In this document: in pieces, positions 59,995 to 64,000 of the stretch
Position numbering within the stretch: the first letter of the stretch is position 1
Layout: the number at the start of each line of letters is the position of its first letter
Assembly: GCA_963754655.1 (NCBI GenBank)
Contig: CAVWGN010000001.1
Coordinates: 480,001-544,000 of the forward strand
Reading direction: 5' to 3'
Source of the DNA: an uncultured Chlamydiae bacterium
GTDB taxonomy: Bacteria > Chlamydiota > Chlamydiia > Chlamydiales > Parachlamydiaceae
DNA: 64,000 nt
The notes under the pieces: generated by a model
Databases searched by the model: none
Seen by the model: only the letters and a program-made list of their open reading frames with translations
What the model was told of the DNA's origin: nothing
Program-made: the position numbers and the translations under genes

Positions 59995-61874
59995 GGACAA
60001 TCGTCGCAAACTGAAGAAGAGCTTGTCTCTTCGCTTTGCGGCTTTCTTGTTTTGTTGCGCATTAAGGCAATCATTAAAATAGAAATATCAGCAGGTGAAA
60101 CACCGGAAATGCGTTGTGCTTGTCCCACTGTTCGAGGAGCAAATTTAGCCAGTTTTTGGCGAGCCTCGTTGCGCAAGCTCTGAACGCTTGAATAATCAAA
60201 GTCAGGCGGAATGAGAATATTTTCGACATGAGCAAGCTTAGCGACTTCCTGGGTTTGCCGATCAATATAACCCGCATACTTGAGAGTGAGCTCAATTTGG
60301 AAGTTAGTTTCCTCCCCAAAATCTTGAATGACATCAGGATAAGCCTGAAGTAAAGAAGCATAGGTATTTTCTGGGCGGCATAAAAGCTGAGCGATCGAAT
60401 AGCCTTTGCCATTGACTTGCTTGTAAATTTTATGCAATCGCTGGCTTTCCTCTTCCATGATTCGTTTTTTATTGCAAACGCGCTGGTAGCGTGTGGCATC
60501 AATGAGTCCTGCCTCATAGCCATAGTGGCGTAAGCGCAAATCGGCATTATCTTGCCTAAGGAGAAGGCGGTGCTCGGCCCGGCTGGTAAACATACGATAG
60601 GGCTCATCTAATCCTTTGGTGACAAGATCATCAATCATGACTCCAATATATGCTTCTGAGCGTTGTAGAATAAGAGGCGGCTTGCCCATTACTTTGTAGG
60701 CAGCATTGATTCCTGCCATCAGGCCTTGCCCAGCTGCTTCTTCATAGCCTGAAGTTCCATTGATTTGTCCAGCTAAAAATAATCCTTCAATGGTTTTGCA
60801 TTCTAAAGAGGAATGGAGCTGCCCGCTCACGACATAATCGTATTCAATTGCATAGGCTGGACGCATGATTTCGGCATTGCGCAAAGCAGGAATGCTATGA
60901 ATAAAGCTCAATTGAACGTCAAAGGGGAGAGAAGAAGAGACTCCATTCACGTAAACTTCTTGGGTATTGAGCCCTTCAGGCTCTAAGAAAATCTGATGAC
61001 GTTCTTTGTCTGCAAATCGTACGATCTTGTCTTCAATGGAAGGACAATAACGAGGGCCAATTCCTTTAATTTTTCCCGAATACATGGGCGAGCGATGGAT
61101 ATTGGATAAAATGATCTTCTTTGTTTCTTCCGTTGTATAGGTAATGTGGCATGAGACTTGAGGCAGGCGAGGAATTTCCTCGTCGTCATAGGAAAATTTT
61201 ACTCCAGGCTCACCCGGCTGTTCTTCTGTGTAGCTATAATCGATAGAGCGTTTATTCACTCGGGGGGGAGTCCCCGTTTTAAGACGTCCTAATTTGAGGC
61301 CATATTTTTCTAAACTGGCAGACATTCCGATTGAAGGCTGGTCTCCCGCCCTTCCACCAGAGTAATTGGTCTCTCCAATATGCAGGAGCCCGCGAAGAAA
61401 AGTCCCTGATGACAAGATAACGGCTTGGCCATCGTAGGCAATACCCTCTTTGGTTAGAACACCTATGACGCGATCTTGATGAACAATTAAATCCTCAATC
61501 GTTCCCTGTTTAATTTCTAGATGCGAAGTTTTTTCTAAGCGATGTTTCATTTCTATTTGATAGGCCCATTTATCTGCTTGCGCTCGAGGAGCCCAAACGG
61601 CAGGTCCTTTGGTGGCATTGAGCATGCGATACTGGATTCCCGTCATATCAATGACTTTACCCATTTCGCCCCCTAAGGCATCAATCTCGCGTACCATATG
61701 CCCTTTGGCAATTCCACCTATAGCAGGATTGCAGCTCATTTTGGCAATTGTATCTAAATTCATCGTTAATAAGAGGGTGCGCAATCCCATGCGAGCAGAG
61801 GCTAAAGCAGCTTCACAGCCAGCATGTCCTCCTCCAATGACGATGACGTCGTAAGGGGTGGGAAATTTCCACAT
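59991..61874 (-). CDS. mnmG: tRNA uridine-5-carboxymethylaminomethyl synthesis enzyme
   Basis: GGGHAGCEAA, MSCNPAIGG, GPRYCPSIEDK, AGQINGTSGYEEAA. Confidence 0.98.
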   Translation of the reverse strand: MWKFPTPYDVIVIGGGHAGCEAALASARMGLRTLLLTMNLDTIAKMSCNPAIGGIAKGHMVREIDALGGEMGKVIDMTGIQYRMLNATKGPAVWAPRAQADKWAYQIEMKHRLEKTSHLEIKQGTIEDLIVHQDRVIGVLTKEGIAYDGQAVILSSGTFLRGLLHIGETNYSGGRAGDQPSIGMSASLEKYGLKLGRLKTGTPPRVNKRSIDYSYTEEQPGEPGVKFSYDDEEIPRLPQVSCHITYTTEETKKIILSNIHRSPMYSGKIKGIGPRYCPSIEDKIVRFADKERHQIFLEPEGLNTQEVYVNGVSSSLPFDVQLSFIHSIPALRNAEIMRPAYAIEYDYVVSGQLHSSLECKTIEGLFLAGQINGTSGYEEAAGQGLMAGINAAYKVMGKPPLILQRSEAYIGVMIDDLVTKGLDEPYRMFTSRAEHRLLLRQDNADLRLRHYGYEAGLIDATRYQRVCNKKRIMEEESQRLHKIYKQVNGKGYSIAQLLCRPENTYASLLQAYPDVIQDFGEETNFQIELTLKYAGYIDRQTQEVAKLAHVENILIPPDFDYSSVQSLRNEARQKLAKFAPRTVGQAQRISGVSPADISILMIALMRNKTRKPQSEETSSSSVCDDCP

Positions 61875-62403
61875 AGGTCAACCTTTTAAACAAAATTCTT
61901 TATTGGATAGCGAGAATAGCAGACAAAAAGAACAGGGATAAGACAAGCTATGCTATGAGAGACCATCATGAAACTGCGGACTGCTTTTGAGCAGTCCGCA
62001 AAGTTAGGTAGACCCAGTATTTTATTAATCAATTCTCTCGGTGTGTGACGCTAGGCCGTGTCTTAAACCAAACCGAGGAAGTTAATCAATCGAGCACTAG
62101 GATTCCTAGTTTATTTTCCCTTATGCCGATCGCGTCGGCTACGCTTCTTGCGCTTATGCTTCGCAATTTTGTACTTGCGCTTCTTTTTTACAGAAGACAT
62201 ATCCTCTCCACTTCACTTATTCAGGTTATTTCCTTAACTTTGCAAACATGCAACTATCGTAGAAGAAAGTCGAGAAAAAGTAAACAATAACATTATTAAA
62301 AGAGGAGTTAGGAGGGGAGAAGAGCAAAAGAAGATGACTTTATGATTGACCCAAGACAAAAATTAGAGTAAATAAATTTTCGAATAAATTAAAGGAGGGT
62401 TGA

Positions 62404-62829
62404 ATGTTTTTAGATGACGTTCCTATCAATTATATGGGTGTTGCTGTAGCCACTATCATTTATTATGTCATTGGACTCATTTGGTATTCCCCTTGGATTT
62501 TTGGCAATCAATGGGGAAGACATGAAGAATCCGTAAAGGAAAATCAAGAGCACTTTTATAGCCATCCCTTTGTCTCTTACCTAACAGAATTTGTGATTTC
62601 TCTGATTATCGCCTATGTCTTAGCTGTTTTTATTCAAATTAGCCAAGCAGAGGAAATTGTAGAGGGAATAACAATAGCATTTTGGGTATGGATTGGATTT
62701 ATTGCCACTACCCATTTTTCTGCTGTTCTTTGGGGACGTAAAACTGTAAAGCATTTCTTGATCCATGCTGGTTTTATTCTTGTTGGATTAATGGCAATGG
62801 GGGCTATCATTACCTATTTTGGATTCTAA
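62404..62829 (+). CDS. DUF1761-like four-TM membrane protein
   Basis: INYMGVAVA..GLIWYSPWIFG..W; aggagg RBS. Confidence 0.75.
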   Translation: MFLDDVPINYMGVAVATIIYYVIGLIWYSPWIFGNQWGRHEESVKENQEHFYSHPFVSYLTEFVISLIIAYVLAVFIQISQAEEIVEGITIAFWVWIGFIATTHFSAVLWGRKTVKHFLIHAGFILVGLMAMGAIITYFGF

Positions 62830-63226
62830 ATCGTTCTTCCATCATCCTCCTATGATGACAAATAAGAGGATGATGAAAAATTCAAATAAGCCGTGCTAGC
62901 GGTTTTCACAGACAGGTTTCCCATGTAAAGCGAATAAGTAGAAAGTGGTCATGGGTAAGCCATCAAAAAGAATCAGTTGAATATTCGTACTCAATCGCGT
63001 ATATAGAATAAAGTCAACTTGATGAGTTTGACATCCGCTGCTAACCGCATGTGGATAGGTTCGAAATGATTTGGGCATTTGAAAAGGAATCACTCAAATT
63101 TTGGAATGAACCAATGGTTTTTAATATTTCATCATTTTCAAGCTATTTTAAATAAGATTCGATTGCATGAATTTATAAAAAATATTTTAATGCAAAATGA
63201 ACATTCAAAACCAAGGAGGAATGTTT

Positions 63227-64000
63227 ATGACCCAAGGTGATAAATCCAGTTATACGGATAAACAACAAAGGCAAGCTGAACATATTGAAGAAGGATATGA
63301 AAACAAAGGAGTAGATGAAAAAGAAGCTGAAAAGCGTGCGTGGGCTACTGTAAATAAAGTTTCCGGTGGCGGAAAAAAGAGTGGTTCTGGACGCAAGCGT
63401 TCTGCTTCATCAACTGGAGTGGTTAAAAAGACCGGCGTGAAGCAATCAAGCAGTGCCCAAAATAGTGCTGGCGGTGCGAAAAAAGCAACAGGCGGTGCGA
63501 AAAAAGCAACAAGTGGTGCGAAAAAAACGACTGGTGGTGCTAAAAAAGCGACTAGTAGTACCCAAAAAAGTACGGGCGGTGCTAAAAAAGCGACTAGTAG
63601 TAGTGCCCAAAAGAGCACGGGCGGTGCGAAAAAGGCGACTAGCGGTACGAGAAAAACAACTAGTTCTAGAAAAAGTACTGATGATGCGAAAAAAAGCTCA
63701 GCCAGTAATAAAAAGAGTACTGGTGGTGCAAAAAAATCAACTAGTGCAAACAAAAGTGCGGGTGTGAAAAAGTCGACTAGTACCAAAAGTCGCACATCTT
63801 CCACCAAACAAAGTTCTTCTAGAAGCGAGGGCGCTCGTACAGGTGAAAAGAAGTCGGCGAGCTCTGCAAAAAAGAAGTCAACAAGCTCTGCAAAGAAGCC
63901 CGCTCCGGCTAAAAAGACAGTTTCAAGAAGTGCAACAAGAAGCTCAGCTAGCAACTCAAGAGGAGCTGCTTCTAAGAGCCGTCCTAAAACTGCAACAAGA
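63227..64000 (+). CDS. Basic histone-H1-like protein: conserved 'DKSSYTDKQ.RQAEHIE..Y...AWATVNK' head plus GGAKKAT repeats (3' partial)
   Basis: aggagg RBS; manual translation MTQGDKSSYTDKQQRQAEHIEEGYENKGVDEKEAEKRAWATVNKVSGGGKKSGSGRK...GGAKKATGGAKKATSGAKKTTGGAKKAT, open to the window end; absent from the ORF track. Confidence 0.85.
   Translation, partial: MTQGDKSSYTDKQQRQAEHIEEGYENKGVDEKEAEKRAWATVNKVSGGGKKSGSGRKRSASSTGVVKKTGVKQSSSAQNSAGGAKKATGGAKKATSGAKKTTGGAKKATSSTQKSTGGAKKATSSSAQKSTGGAKKATSGTRKTTSSRKSTDDAKKSSASNKKSTGGAKKSTSANKSAGVKKSTSTKSRTSSTKQSSSRSEGARTGEKKSASSAKKKSTSSAKKPAPAKKTVSRSATRSSASNSRGAASKSRPKTATR

Noticed and set aside
63250..63954. 234-aa hydrophobic ORF on the minus strand and 104-aa ORF at 63453
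   Set aside because: Antisense and off-frame shadows of the Lys/Ala-rich plus-strand gene starting at 63227
1..64000. tRNA, rRNA, prophage or defence-system genes
   Set aside because: No recognisable signatures seen by eye; a tRNAscan/Infernal run would be needed to exclude small RNAs

Overview
Chromosomal window from an environmental chlamydia (Parachlamydiaceae/Protochlamydia-like). This is inferred from a Pom-type outer-membrane protein, a CT580-like EamA carrier and the chlamydial gene order tolQRAB-pal-lysM-murI / dsbD-tatD-sdhCAB / mnmG-lplA. Housekeeping genes alternate with three kinds of accessory material. (i) An AT-rich ~20 kb glycan island (9.6-30.3 kb) in which normally cytoplasmic enzymes all carry N-terminal signal-peptide-like extensions: two Gmd paralogues, an RmlB, a eukaryote-type UER1-like epimerase/reductase, acetyl-CoA synthetase, SAM methyltransferases and glycosyltransferases. 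It lies next to metK and near a probable SAM/SAH carrier, making it a candidate extracytoplasmic nucleotide-sugar/glycan-modification system. (ii) A graveyard of IS elements: an IS608-like mini-element, two IS66, a nested IS701>IS630>ISAs1 stack, an apparently intact unclassified Mutator-like IS with an 11-bp TSD and a -1 frameshift, and a group II intron 3' fragment. (iii) At least three families of long non-coding palindromes whose two arms co-vary within each copy and which nest inside each other. Also present are a divergent duplicated pair of small Cys-rich protein + 'GILLGFG' protein cassettes, a pal gene broken at a G7 tract, and a histone-like protein at the right edge. No rRNA, tRNA or CRISPR array was seen.
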